64,000 bases of DNA from Lama guanicoe (taxonomy: Eukaryota): positions 13,114,974-13,178,973 of the forward strand of contig MU054187.1 of the NCBI GenBank assembly GCA_013239625.1. The letters are read 5' to 3'. Each line of letters starts with the position of its first letter. The stretch's first letter is position 1. The notes under the pieces are model-generated. The model saw only the letters and a list, made by a program, of their open reading frames with translations. It did no database searches and was not told where the DNA came from. The position numbers and the translations under genes are program-made. Below, piece by piece: positions 24,631 through 36,800 of this stretch.

Positions 24631-27600
24631 TATTGATACACGACAATTTTTGAAGACATGTAAACTCTGAGCTAAAATTAGATAGGCAGGTAAGTGGTGG
24701 TGCTACCATTCAACCAACTTTTTAAAAAATGATTTATCAAATTTTAGGTCTTGAATATTTGTTCCAATACCCTAAGAAACAGGCTCAAGCAAACACAGGT
24801 TCATCGATTCATGCCTATCTAGCTACCTGCCTACATACATATTGCGGACATAATTCATAAAACTATATAGATCTAGAGGGTACTTAGAGGTGAACTGCAA
24901 AGGGACTTCATTTAAACCAAGGAGTGGTTCCTAGAGAAGGAACAGAAGAAGGTCCAAGGAGGCTGGTCTCGGTATAGGCTGGGAGGGGAGGTGCACACCA
25001 ATGGAAGGATCAGTGACATGAAGTTTGTTTGGGGAGATTTATAGAGCAGTACAGGCAGATGTCTTGGTACCAAAAGTAGCCCTATATGACAGGGTGCCAG
25101 AAGTCTGGTGGCAGTTACCCATCCATACACCCATCCCCAACACCCAGCACGTCAAAGCAGGGAACTGGATTAATTACCCACCTGTGCATTTACCTCCAAA
25201 GACCAAACCCTTTATTTACCCACTCCTGGGTCAACTATTTGGTACCTCTCCCGAAGTGGAGGGAGGGGTGTTGGCACAGTACATAGTGGAAGGCCATCTT
25301 TCCACTAGTTGTACCCAATGGAAGGCTACCTGTCTATCATTAGTACACCATGGAAGGCCATCTTGCTAGCTCACTTTCTATCTCAAGTGAAAGATCTCTC
25401 ATAAAGAGAAAAGGGAATGAAAGATGTCCTGGGGCTCTACTGGCCAAATTCAACACCCAGTCGACTCCGTGATCTAGTCTGAGCATAGAGGAAAAGCCTG
25501 GATGCCTCTTCCTAAAATGTATGTCACTACTACTTAAGTAGGAAGAAAAGATCAACTGAGCAAAACAGTGAGAAAAAGCTGCACAGCGGGGTGCACATTT
25601 AAAAGCTGGGCATACATTTAAATATGGCCTGATTCTTCATATTTGCTAGGCAGACCACCTGAAAAAGATGCTCTTCCTGGACAGACAGCAGTATGCAGCC
25701 CCTTCCAAGGTAGGGGCACCCACAGCTCACGGTGGTAGAGCTCTTGACTTGCATTCACAGCCCCGGGCCAGATGCTACCCTTGGCATCGGTGCTAGGCAG
25801 AAGCGGGCAGGTGGCCAGAGGGACAGTGGGTGGTAACCCGGGCAAGGGAAAAACAGAGTCCTGGCCCTGTTTGAATTGACCTTTGCAACACCTCAGGGAA
25901 CTATGCCCTCTTCTGTCCCAATCACCTGGGCTGTTGATGAAACACCACAGAAAAACCAATTTTGTTACATAGACTCTCCTGACACAAGATTAATGGAAGC
26001 CTTAGGATCTTTCTTCATATTTGCCACTCTTGAGGGAATGAGGTTGGAAGGGGCCAAAACTAGTATAGACATGCTAGCAAATAAACAATGGCAAATAAAT
26101 GTTAGATTTATACATGATGAAACAGACTGTAAAGGAAAACATCAAATTAAGGCTGCACTCTGACAAATCCTGCAATCACACAAAATCCCCTCTGGGGGCC
26201 CAGAAGCATTATGAAATTGAGCCCCTGGTGAGGACATTATAATTATACCTCCAGAGCTCAGTGATACACATTTGGAAGTGATATTTTATCCCCTACTACA
26301 ACTAGCAATCTTATTAATTGTTAAAATATAGAATAGTTCTAAATTTGGAAATTTTAACACTTGTGAGACAGAATATCTATTTTGTGTACTCCTGCTATAA
26401 TTTAAGCTTTCCCTGGGATAACAGTTTTTTCCCCAATTCTACAAATAACCCTTGCTACCAAAAAAAAAAAAAAAAAAAACTCAAGAGCTTTGAACCTCAA
26501 GTTTTCTAGGTTCAGTAAAATCCATACTCACCACCCCAGACAGACACTTTCTAGTCTTTTCCACCCATTGGCTAAAGCCAGGCAGTTGCTAAAACAAGCA
26601 AGATCACCTCATCTCACCTGTAAACATGACCTTACTTCGGTTCTAGCTCATCACAAACATCCCGACTATTGTCAAGTTGGAGTAAGAGTACAAAGTACAG
26701 AGAAAGGGTGGGGGTAGGCAGGTGCATGGGGCAGACTTTCTAGATGGAAGAAAAATAAGGTGGGGGTGGATATGGAAATTAATGTGATTGGGAAGAAAAT
26801 AATCTTTGTAAAAAATTTATATGTCACATATATTTTAATTTTCCTGTTGGTTTTGAAAAATGGGTTATAGTTTAGACGACACATAAATCATCTCTAATGA
26901 ACCAGAGATCCATCAGACACTGTTAATAACTTGTGGCTTCTTGGATGAAAGAGTATTTTCATTACAACACACCATCACTTTAATCTTTGCCTTCTCACCA
27001 AGTGCTGAGTTTTCTAACATTCCTGAGAAGCAGAAGGAAACTAATGGTGGAACACTGCTTTGTAGAAAAGAAAAAGGGCCACTCTGAAGTGTATCCCCAG
27101 AAGACTTCAACTGCAGATTGAATAAACATATCAAATCAAGGGGGTCTTTAAGAAAATTTACAAACAGAAGCCTGCAGTGAAATGAACCATTGGATAAATG
27201 ACGTCCAGAGACTTTTTCAACTCACTATTCCCCAGCTCCAGAAGCCACAAGCTGCCTGATCTCAAGGTGGCCTCTTCTCTGCTGTCCTCACCTTCCTAAG
27301 AAATTTGGTTACATCAAGGAAAGCAGAGACTGGGCATACCCAAGTGAGTCAGAAACCAGATTCTCGCTGACCTTTCCAATTGTTGGAAGGACCACGTCCC
27401 AACCACTGAAACCGGTAATGAAAAACAAGTCCTGCCCTGCATTGGTGAAAGTCTTCTACAGCCAGAGATGTAGTTTCTATAGAAATAAATGTCGACACCA
27501 ATTTGCTTTTATAGCTTTTCCACTGATTTACTGGTACTGCTGTTTTAAAGTTTTAAGTATGAAGCCCGTTTATTCTTTATAGGCCTTCTCAATAAATATG

Positions 27601-29209
27601 ACCAGATTTCTGCTTCCACCATCAGCAACTTCCTTCTGTCTTTTGGGGAAGACTTTAAGGCAAGGGGACAATCACATGAGGTGACACTGCACTGATTAGG
27701 AAAATGATGACATGTGTGCATTCAGTAACTGGACTTGAATTCAAGCTATGTTTTCAGGAACATTAGACCTACACATTGTTTTAATGTAGCACTTCCTACA
27801 TTAACAATGTTAAGAAAACTCTAAAGAAACACACCTAGAATCCCCTCAACACCACTGTCTTGTCACAATTTTACATCACTGTGATCACAGCAAATCTTCA
27901 AGCTTGTGTTTTTTTGGGTTTCTTTTCATGTTGTTTCATAAGCATTTTACAGTCGGTATTTTAACAGCCATGTAGTATTCCATTGGGGAGGTATTCCTAT
28001 CAAGTGCAGCATTTGGGGTGTTTTTCCTTCTTTCACCATCACATATAACACTTCAACATTTTTATTCAACAGGTTTTTTCCTTCTTTTTAATTGTTTAAG
28101 GATAAATTCTAAACAGTCTAATTAGAGGATCAAAAGGCATGACAGCTAAAAATAGTAATTCTTTTAAAGTGAGGTCAAATTCACTTATTCAAATTTCTCT
28201 CTCATACAGCACTGGCCCTAGTGGAAGGATGAAACACAGAATTCATCTTTTTTAAATATTCAAATAAAGTTGCTAGAAGAGGAGTCTGTAACCTTGACAA
28301 CATTCACGAGCCTCCCTATATTAGAAGTTATCAAATTTTTGTGTTGATGTCAAACTTTTGAACACTAAACAGCATGGCAGGACACTTGGAAGCCTTAACT
28401 AAATCACTGGTGTGGGCTATCACTGTGCGGATAAAAGTAGGCCAGTTATTACACACTCATCGCTTGCTCTTTCACTCAACATCACTCTTTGAGTGGAATC
28501 TGCTCCCCTAGACTCAAGACGAAAAGTCAAAACGCATTTCAGTAAACACGGGATCTTTAACCATTAATCATTTTGTCCTCTTACATTCAGCAAAGTCAGT
28601 CACCATGTCCCCTGACTCAGTAGGTTGAGTCTGACAGCCATTATCATAAAATAATTTCTACTGAAGCACAAGAAAAGTCACCGTTGCCCACTGATTATGA
28701 CGAGTGGCACCCTCACGAGAGGCTTGAGCGACAGTGGTATGCTATAATAGGACGATGCTTGAGAACCCCAGGTTTATAAATCTTACATAGAATGAGGAAA
28801 TTCAGGCATCTAAGAGAAAATATTCCCAAGCATAATCACCCACGATAAGCTTATCTAAACTCTCCCCAGGCTGGTGCATTAGTTCTGCTCCAGCTACTGA
28901 CTTCAGGCATTGCTAGTTCCCCACGGATGTCACTCGTACACAGTGCATCACAGAAGTAGTTGCTCAGCCTACCAAGGCTACAGTTTTAATTTTAAAATAA
29001 TTTAGGCTTTGGAACAACTAATCTGGTCCCATTCAGTGGTTGTCTGTTGCTGTCCAAAAAACGATAACTAAATGATGAATTTTCTGACTTTATTAAAAAG
29101 AAAAAGGGATCTGAAATATCAACTCCTTTACTTTTACAGAGAAAGCTCTACCATCGAATAACTCTGAAGATGTTAAAAAAAATACACCCCAAAAACTCAT
29201 CTGGAGGGG

Positions 29210-29400
29210 TGGGGGGCAGGCTAATGATTGCCTGGAGTCAGGGGCAGAAATGGAGCTGGAGAGGGGTTTGATGGACTGCAGAGGGGCAGGGGGATTTTTG
29301 GGGGTGTCATAAATGTTCCATACCTTAATGGTAGTGGTGACATGGGTGTACATAACTGTCAAAATTCACTGAACTACACACTTCCTAAAGCTGATTTTTT
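29210..29400 (+). mobile_element. Old L1 (L1MC/MD-like) 3' UTR fragment
   Basis: Motif aaatgttccatacctt...acatgggtgtacataactgtcaaaattcactgaact. Confidence 0.7.
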
Positions 29401-30279
29401 TCTAATGTGCCACAATTCATATTTCCTATCAATTGTCGACCTCCTTTTCCCTGATACTATTAACGAGCTAACAAGTGGTCTTGATAGTGACTGCCTTCTT
29501 CACTGGGAATTATAAGCCCTTGCCCCTCCAAATCAAACAAGGTGTTAGGGCTGATCTTTATCCAGACGTTCATCCACCAACACTCCTCTCTAACGCAGGT
29601 GGCACTTACTCCTGCTGGACTGTTTAACCCACAATAAGTTCAGCTGTCAAGAGTAAAAGAAGGGGTTTTATTTCTAAAAACAAGATGAAAACCTATTTCT
29701 CAGACTCTTATGTCATTTTGCTTTCTTTTGCTGCTAAAATTCAAAGGCAATTTTAATCATGGACAGAGGCAGAGACTTCAATGTCCAGCTCATTAGGTAT
29801 TGTATTTACTACAGGGGAACCGAGCTCCTCATTAGAGCTTAGAAGTTATGCAGATTACATGTGTAGTTTAGGAGGAACGAGGGAATGAATGCCTCCCTGC
29901 ACCCTTACCCTTGACAATCACAACTAAAGTTTAACAAAGCAATTTCCTCATTTCTTGGATGCTGACTCTTACTTATACTTGCGTCCTGTCCAGAGAAGGA
30001 TTGCTTGATGCAGAATAAGACTGCAGGACTGCAGTCTCCAAGGCCAAAACACCAAAAATAAAGACAGTAATGGAGAAAGCATTAAGCTGTCAGAAAAGAG
30101 CCACTGACTCAGGGTTTCTTTGCAATTTCACTCTTTCCTTAAAATCATAGGACAACTTTTATTTGAGCAAAACTAGAAAAGTTTAAAGTGGTTAATCCAC
30201 TAAGAAAGTTAATCCACTAAGAAAACAGTTAATGAGTGATATAATGGGATGGGGGGGAAATGTGGTAGGGGCCACAGAA

Positions 30280-31000
30280 GGAAGCTATGGAATCCAAATT
30301 CCATCTAGGGCAGGAATCAGCTGAAACCTCCTTGACAGATCTCCAACTTGCTTCTGCATGAACACTTCTGGGGACAGAAATTCACCAGCTTGCCAAGCCG
30401 CTTGGTCCACAGCTGGAAGGTTTAACCTTTATGAGGCTTTCCCCTTATACTGAGCTGAAACAGACCCATCAAAACCCTCTCTTCTAGGGTCAATTTTCTT
30501 CTGCACCAACACAAATACATTTTAATATGCTCCTGATACAAAATCGTCCTTGAAACAGCTGAAGATTACAGTGATCCTTCCTAAGAGCTCTCCTCTCTAG
30601 GCCCAAAACCTAATTACTCAACTTTTTAGAAATGAGTTACTTAACTTTCTGATCCCCCTCCACAGAACATGTCTGTTAGCCAGTGGCCTCTGGAGCAAAC
30701 GCCACTGGCACTTATTGAGCTTAGGGACACACAAACTCTTTTGCAAATGACCCGTTTTCAAGTCACAATCCCTCTGTTCTATACTTGGGGAACTGATTCA
30801 TTCCTGTGAAATTCTCATGTTGTTAGTTTCTGCCTGTCAGTCAAGCTCACTCAGATTCTCTTTGACCCATGACTCTGTAAGCCAATGACTGAGCTATCCA
30901 ATCAGCTTTGCGTAATATGCCAACCTCAAAATCATTCCTTTAGTTTCCTTCTTTTAAGTTACTGATGGAAATGATAAAGAGGAGAGAGCCCCAAACAGCT
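30280..31000 (-). mobile_element. L3/CR1 LINE remnant
   Basis: Motifs cttctgcatgaacacttc...tatactgagctgaaa and aagttactgatggaaatgat resemble recalled L3 consensus. Confidence 0.55.
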
Positions 31001-31639
31001 AGCTAGTTGTGATGACATCAAAGGGTAAAGAAAAAGACTACTGAAGACTTGGGGGGCAGGTGGGTAGGGATTTAGCTCAGTAACTCTGGCACTCATCAAC
31101 TCTGTAAGCCTAGACAAATGTATTAACCTCTCTGAGTTTATTTCTTCATCTACACAATGACATTAATACCATCTAATAGGATGGAGAAGACTGAAAGCAC
31201 CCTATACATAGTCCATGCTCAATGAACATGTGAGTGAATGATAATAATCACTCTGTAAAGGATGAAAAGTCATAAAACTACAATGCAATATGCTTAATTG
31301 TCTCTCATTTTTACATTCTAAAATGATCGTGTAAGTCAGTTGCTCCAGGACAACAGGACACATTTCAAAGTTGCACTTCAGGTTACTAAAACAACAATTA
31401 GTAAAACAAGATTGTTCTGATAATGCTCCCTCGCTTTGACTACCTTCTGTGAACACTTTGACTTTTTTATAGGCTAAATAATCCCACTAATAGATTTTTT
31501 TATACTTCTTATTCTGTAACATCTTAATTACGTTCTCCTCTGCCTTCTCCCTAAGGCCTTCACATGTTCCAAATTGTGAAATTTGTTGGATTTTGCTCTC
31601 TTCCAAAGAGGGAACAAGTCTGATTTAGTCTGTTTGCTC

Positions 31640-31990
31640 TGACATTGAAGCCCTTTCCAATCTGTCCCCAGTCACTGTCCCTGCACATCTCTCCTGCACC
31701 CTGCATTCCTTCTGCTCACCTGTGGCTACATCAGGCCCTTTCCAGATGCCCTGCTGCCCACAGCTCTCTGCCTGTTTCTATGAGACTTCACCCGACTGCT
31801 ACATCACCTTCAAGGAGCATTCAGTCCTGCCTCAGGGAAGCCTTGTCCATCTGTGTTTCCCCATCAGAGCACTAGTCCTATTAGGTCACAATTGTGCACC
31901 AGACTGCTCCTTCAGGGCAGAAACCATTTTAATCCATGTAACAAGATGTTTGGTACATGGCACATTGCCCTTTGTTGGCTGAGTGAACAG
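31640..31990 (+). mobile_element. L2 3' fragment
   Basis: Motif ccagactgctccttcagggcag...tggtacatggcac...tttgttggctgagtgaa. Confidence 0.55.
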
Positions 31991-32599
31991 CTCTGAGCTA
32001 GAGACACGGGACACATAGGTTGCTAGGGTCTCTGAAAGGATGGAAGAACGCCTTCCCTGACCTGGAGGGCCATCCTGCTCCACAGTATCACTGCACTTGC
32101 CACGCAGAGCTGGGATCCTCTCTGCTGAGTAGACACTCACTATTGGTTCTTTTGAATACATAATCAATTCACATCTCTTGACAGATTTGAGTCGTTCTCC
32201 CACCCAATTTTTTTCAAGAAGCGTTTAGTTTTATGAGATGACTCACCTAGCTAGCTAGCATTAGTCAGTCTGGCTACCAAAACAAAAAAGCTGCAGTTGC
32301 GAGGGTCTTAATTAACATAAACAATGAGAAACATTTCTACTGTATCCATTTCCCCTCCAATCCTCACCAGAACTAAAGCGGAGATTATTTTCCCTGCTTT
32401 AATGACAACTCGCCCTTGTTGGCCCCTTCAACTACTGCTCATAACTGGCCTCTTTGAGTGGGACCAAACAACCCACTTTGGGCCGAAAGAAGAAACGCTG
32501 GGGACTAGAAAGCGCTAAATATAAATAGCCCCTTGCCCAGACTACTCCCCAAATGCTTCCCCTACTGGAGCTTCAATTGCAAGCACATGTCCAGGACAG

Positions 32600-33860
32600 C
32601 AATCACGACATCAGATAAAGGCAAGCTGACCCTCTCCATCCCCCGACGTCCCCATCAGTCAACACCTCCCGGAAGAAAACCAACAGACCCCCAGACACAT
32701 CCCTCCACGTGAGCGCCCTGATGCTGCGGGACCCGGGGGCGACGCCGGCGTCCCCCGGAACCCTTCCGATGCGCGTCCCCATTATTGCGCGCGCGTCGCC
32801 GCGCCCTTCCAGGTGGCTCCGCATACCTGGCGGCGGTGCCCACGCCGAGGCGGCGGCCTCGGAGGCGGCAGGCGGGCAGGGGCGCGGGCGGCGCGCGCGA
32901 TCGTCGGCGGGGGGCCGGGGAGCCGCGTCGGCTGCGCCCCCTCCGCCGCCCCCGGGCCGCGATCGTCACCCTCCCGGCCCGGGTCGGGCCGCGGGCGTCA
33001 CGGCCCCGGGCTCTTGGCCGCGGCCTCGGAGCCAGAGGGTCAGATCTCGTTTCACAACAGAGTCTCCCGGTCACCACAACCCAACTGGAGGCCCGGGCAG
33101 GGGCGGGAGCGCCGCCGCCGGGGGCCAAGGTGGGAAGAGAGCAGGCCGCGATCTCACCCTCCCGGCCCGGGTCGGGCCGCGGGCGTCACGGCCCCGGGCT
33201 CTTGGCCGCGGCCTCGGAGCCAGAGGGTCAGATCTCGTTTCACAACAGAGTCTCCCGGTCACCACAACCCAACTGGAGGCCCGGGCAGGGGCGGGAGCGC
33301 CGCCGCCGGGGGCCAAGGTGGGAAGAGAGCGCGCCAGGGGAGGGTGGCCGGCGACGGGGGCCCGGAGGCTGGACTTACTCGTGTCACAACTTCGGCGACG
33401 CGGGACCGAGGAACCGGTTCTTCCAAAACCAAACCGAAAATGGGCAACGGAGAGGCCGGGGCAGCGTTAAGAGGGGTTCTGTGTCGGTGTTTAGGGCAAA
33501 AACTGCTCTGGCTTCCAGAAATCCGAGCCAGTCCGGGCTTTTTTCTTTCTGTTTTTCTGAAATGCTCCTGTGTCTCCGGGTCGAGGGGCGCCCTTGGCGC
33601 GCCTCTGAGTGCGCTGCGACAGCGGGGCGGGCGCTGGCGAGGGGAACCCTCTTTCCAGCTCCCCACCCCCCACCCCGAGTCTTCCCAGTACCCACTTCCT
33701 CGCCCTTCCCCAACCCCCAGCCCAGGACGCCGACTCCCCTCCGCGCGGGAGCTGGAGCTGGAGCTGGGCCTGGTGCCCACGCCCCGAGGAGGGTGTCTCC
33801 GAGGCTGGGCCCTTGCAGTGCTTCAGCTGAGGGAGACGGTGGTGGGGTTTGCTCTGCTAA
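32600..33860 (-). promoter_or_regulatory. EYA1: CpG-island promoter and first-exon region of the minus-strand gene
   Basis: Very high GC and CpG density. GC boxes GGGGCGGG at 33100-33107, 33288-33295 and 33624-33631. Minus-strand donors CAG|GTATGC (exon end 32827) and CGA|GTAAGT (exon end 33379). Lies about 10.5 kb upstream of the ATG exon. Confidence 0.8.
32955..33330. repeat. Near-perfect tandem duplication (188 bp and 187 bp copies) inside the promoter CpG island
   Basis: 32955-33142 and 33144-33330 are identical except for one indel (gatcgtcacc vs gatctcacc) and are separated by a single A. Confidence 0.95.
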
Positions 33861-36800
33861 CACAAGGGGAGCTAGGTGTGCAGGAGGTGGCCCTGAAGGA
33901 TAGGTTGGTAAAGTGACATGGTGATTTTTTTTTTACCTGGTGGGGTGTGGAGGTTATAAAGGAATATGCAGTCAGACTGCAATTTATCAAAACATCCGGA
34001 ATTCAAACAATTTTGTAAGAGGTCTTAAAATTATGTTCTCTTCTTATAGCTAGGGAAACTGAGGCAAAGAGCAGTAAATGGATTCCCCAGAATCACGCAG
34101 AGGGGCCTGGACTAAACGTCCACGTCTAGCCCTTACTACGAAATGTTTTGTCTTTCTTGGCATCAAGGAACCCTTTGGGGGGATAAGGGAAAGTTTGTCA
34201 CCCTCAAGTCCCTTTGCATCTGTCATTTAGTGGGGGCGAGAGAATCTGGTTTCAACCTGTGAAGTATTTCAGCATTGGTTGAAGCATCCATTATAGGCCG
34301 GTAATCTGAGATACTCCTTCTTTGGGAACTTCCTCTTACTTGACTAGGATCCAATCACAAGCAGTGAAAGAGATGCAAACACCTTGAGGATTTGCTCTTA
34401 TAAGGACTCAACGCTTCTCGGTGAGGTTCAAATGTTTGCACTTCTCTCTCCTTCTCAAGTGAATCCCTGCCCCACTCCTCCCCCTCCAACTCAATTATTC
34501 ACATTGAATGAGAACGTGTGAGCCAAAGGGCCTCGGAGAGTATAGAGCGTGGCATGAATACGGGTATTACTGAACACACTCTTCCAAAATCTGCTAGATT
34601 CACACAGTTTGCTGTAGTTTCCCATCAGTCATCGAGTATCTGTAGGCTTGTAGTAGATACGGTGAAGTTTGAGTCAGAACAATGAGACCTAATCCTTCAC
34701 CTTCAAAGACCACAGGCTATAGATTTGGAGATAAAGCCTACACAGGAGATAATTGGTAATATACACAAAGACTGATTTTTTACCCTAAGCTGTTGGATGT
34801 TTATATATACACAAAGCCAGAAACTTTTCAAAATAGACCATGTGTATTGGATGAAGAGGACTTCCTATAGAAGTCAAGGCATTGATCAATTATGTTAACC
34901 CAGTAAGACCCCAATAACTTGTCCAAATAGAAATATTAACCAGTTTAGCCAGCTGATGAGGATGGTTTTGCTTTTTTGAATTCATTGCTTATCATTTCTA
35001 CCCATTCATAAATAGAAAGAATTTCTATAACTTAAAAAAGCAAGTCCAGAGTCTCTTAAAGCACAGGTGATCAAAAGTATTATTTCAGGAGGAAGCAAAC
35101 AATAACCTCAAAGTTCCAAATATGTGTCTGCTAAGAACCCACCAAAGGCAATGTCAGTTTCCTTTGTCAAAGACTACAGGCCTGTGATTTATTTGAAAAT
35201 CACATTTGGAAAGTCGATATAATTCAGAAGCAACAAATAATCTAAAAAGTTTATGTTTTAAGACAAGGAGTCTTTTGATCCTTACTCCTGCTACTTTCTT
35301 AAAAATAATATGTAGAACAACTTTCAACCCGAATATCTCACCATTTTATTTTTTTTAACTTCTTGAAACCCAGATTCATATGGCCTTTGAATAAAAACAG
35401 ACCTAAAGTTTGAACCAGTTTCTGAATTCAAAGGTATGGGGAATTATTTTGTTATTGCTTTTTCAGAAATGCCATGTGTTTAAAATATTGGCAAATCCTA
35501 GATTCAGAAGATTTAGAATTTTCTTTTAAGGAAAATTGTTATTTGGTCAAAGTACATTTACTTTAGCACAGTATACAGATTCTTCATATTCTCCAAAACG
35601 GGAGTAGCAGGAGCCAATTTATCGAGTATAATGTATTCCAGACACTTGCTGGGATAAACAATGTTCCCGAGCCCCTCAGATGCACAGCCAATAGGGAGCT
35701 GTTGACTACTTGAGGTTTTTACACATCTCTCAGCCAAATCAGAACTCCAAATACCAAATCAGTCACAGGCACACAGTGTGGATTTACAGTCCTGCCTGGG
35801 CGTAGGGTCACAATCTGCAAACGAATTATACCACCCAAGATAGGTTTATTCTTGATATAAAATATCCTTATTTTTTTCATTTGATATGAATGCGACCATG
35901 AATAAAATTTTCAGGAAAAACTTAAATGTCCTTTGCAATGCCAAGCCAAAACCCAATAAAACATATATTCATAATTATCCATTTGAGGATATATATGAGT
36001 TTATTTTCATCTATTGATGTATATATATATATATAGATATATATATTTGTTGGATTTCCATGTGTGTAACTAGTAAATGCCATAAGGACTCAATTATGTA
36101 TCTGTTAGTTTATGTTGGACTTAGAACATTCAGCTGTTTACATGTCATAAAATGCTAACCCTAACTGCTGGCCTAACTTACATTGTGTAAAATAGAGAAA
36201 TGACTAAGTTTTTTGCACATAAAGGCAAAAAAGATTCCTTAAGTGTAGAGTTATACCAGGGCTTATGGCATAAACACAGAACACATGTGACAGAAATGTA
36301 CATTTAAATCCGGGTCCTACTCAGATTTTCAAATACAGATCCACAGAAGGCAGAAGGCAAAAATCAACAGGAGTTTTCTGGTTCTTTGAGCATTTGTATC
36401 CTGCCTATACTGACAGGTATGTTATGACTAGTCCTGATTCGAAAGAAATTGCTGTCTCTCTCTTTCTCTCTCTCTCTCTCCATCACACACACCCACACTC
36501 CTCACTCACACATGTTTTTTAAAATTCCTTTATTATTTAGATTGGTAATGTAATTTCTTATAGAAAAACTTGTCAAATGCACCTAATGGGAGTTTTCTTA
36601 AGGAGGAGGAAGATCCGGCCACTAGTTTAGATCAAGATTTACCCCTGAGCATCAGTGAGAGAAGACTGGACCACGTGGGAATAGCCAAGAGAGAAGTCAA
36701 TTCTCCAGGTGTGAGTTAGAAATGCTCTTATGTACATTTAAAGAACTACTTAAAGAACTTTTAATAGACTAGTCATTTTCCCCCAGTACTGACCTCTCTT

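Noticed and set aside
32603..33916. Long overlapping ORFs (up to 372 aa) in the promoter island
   Set aside because: They are Arg/Gly/Pro/Ala-rich and open in several frames on both strands because GC-rich DNA lacks stops. They are inflated by the tandem duplication and show no recognisable domain.
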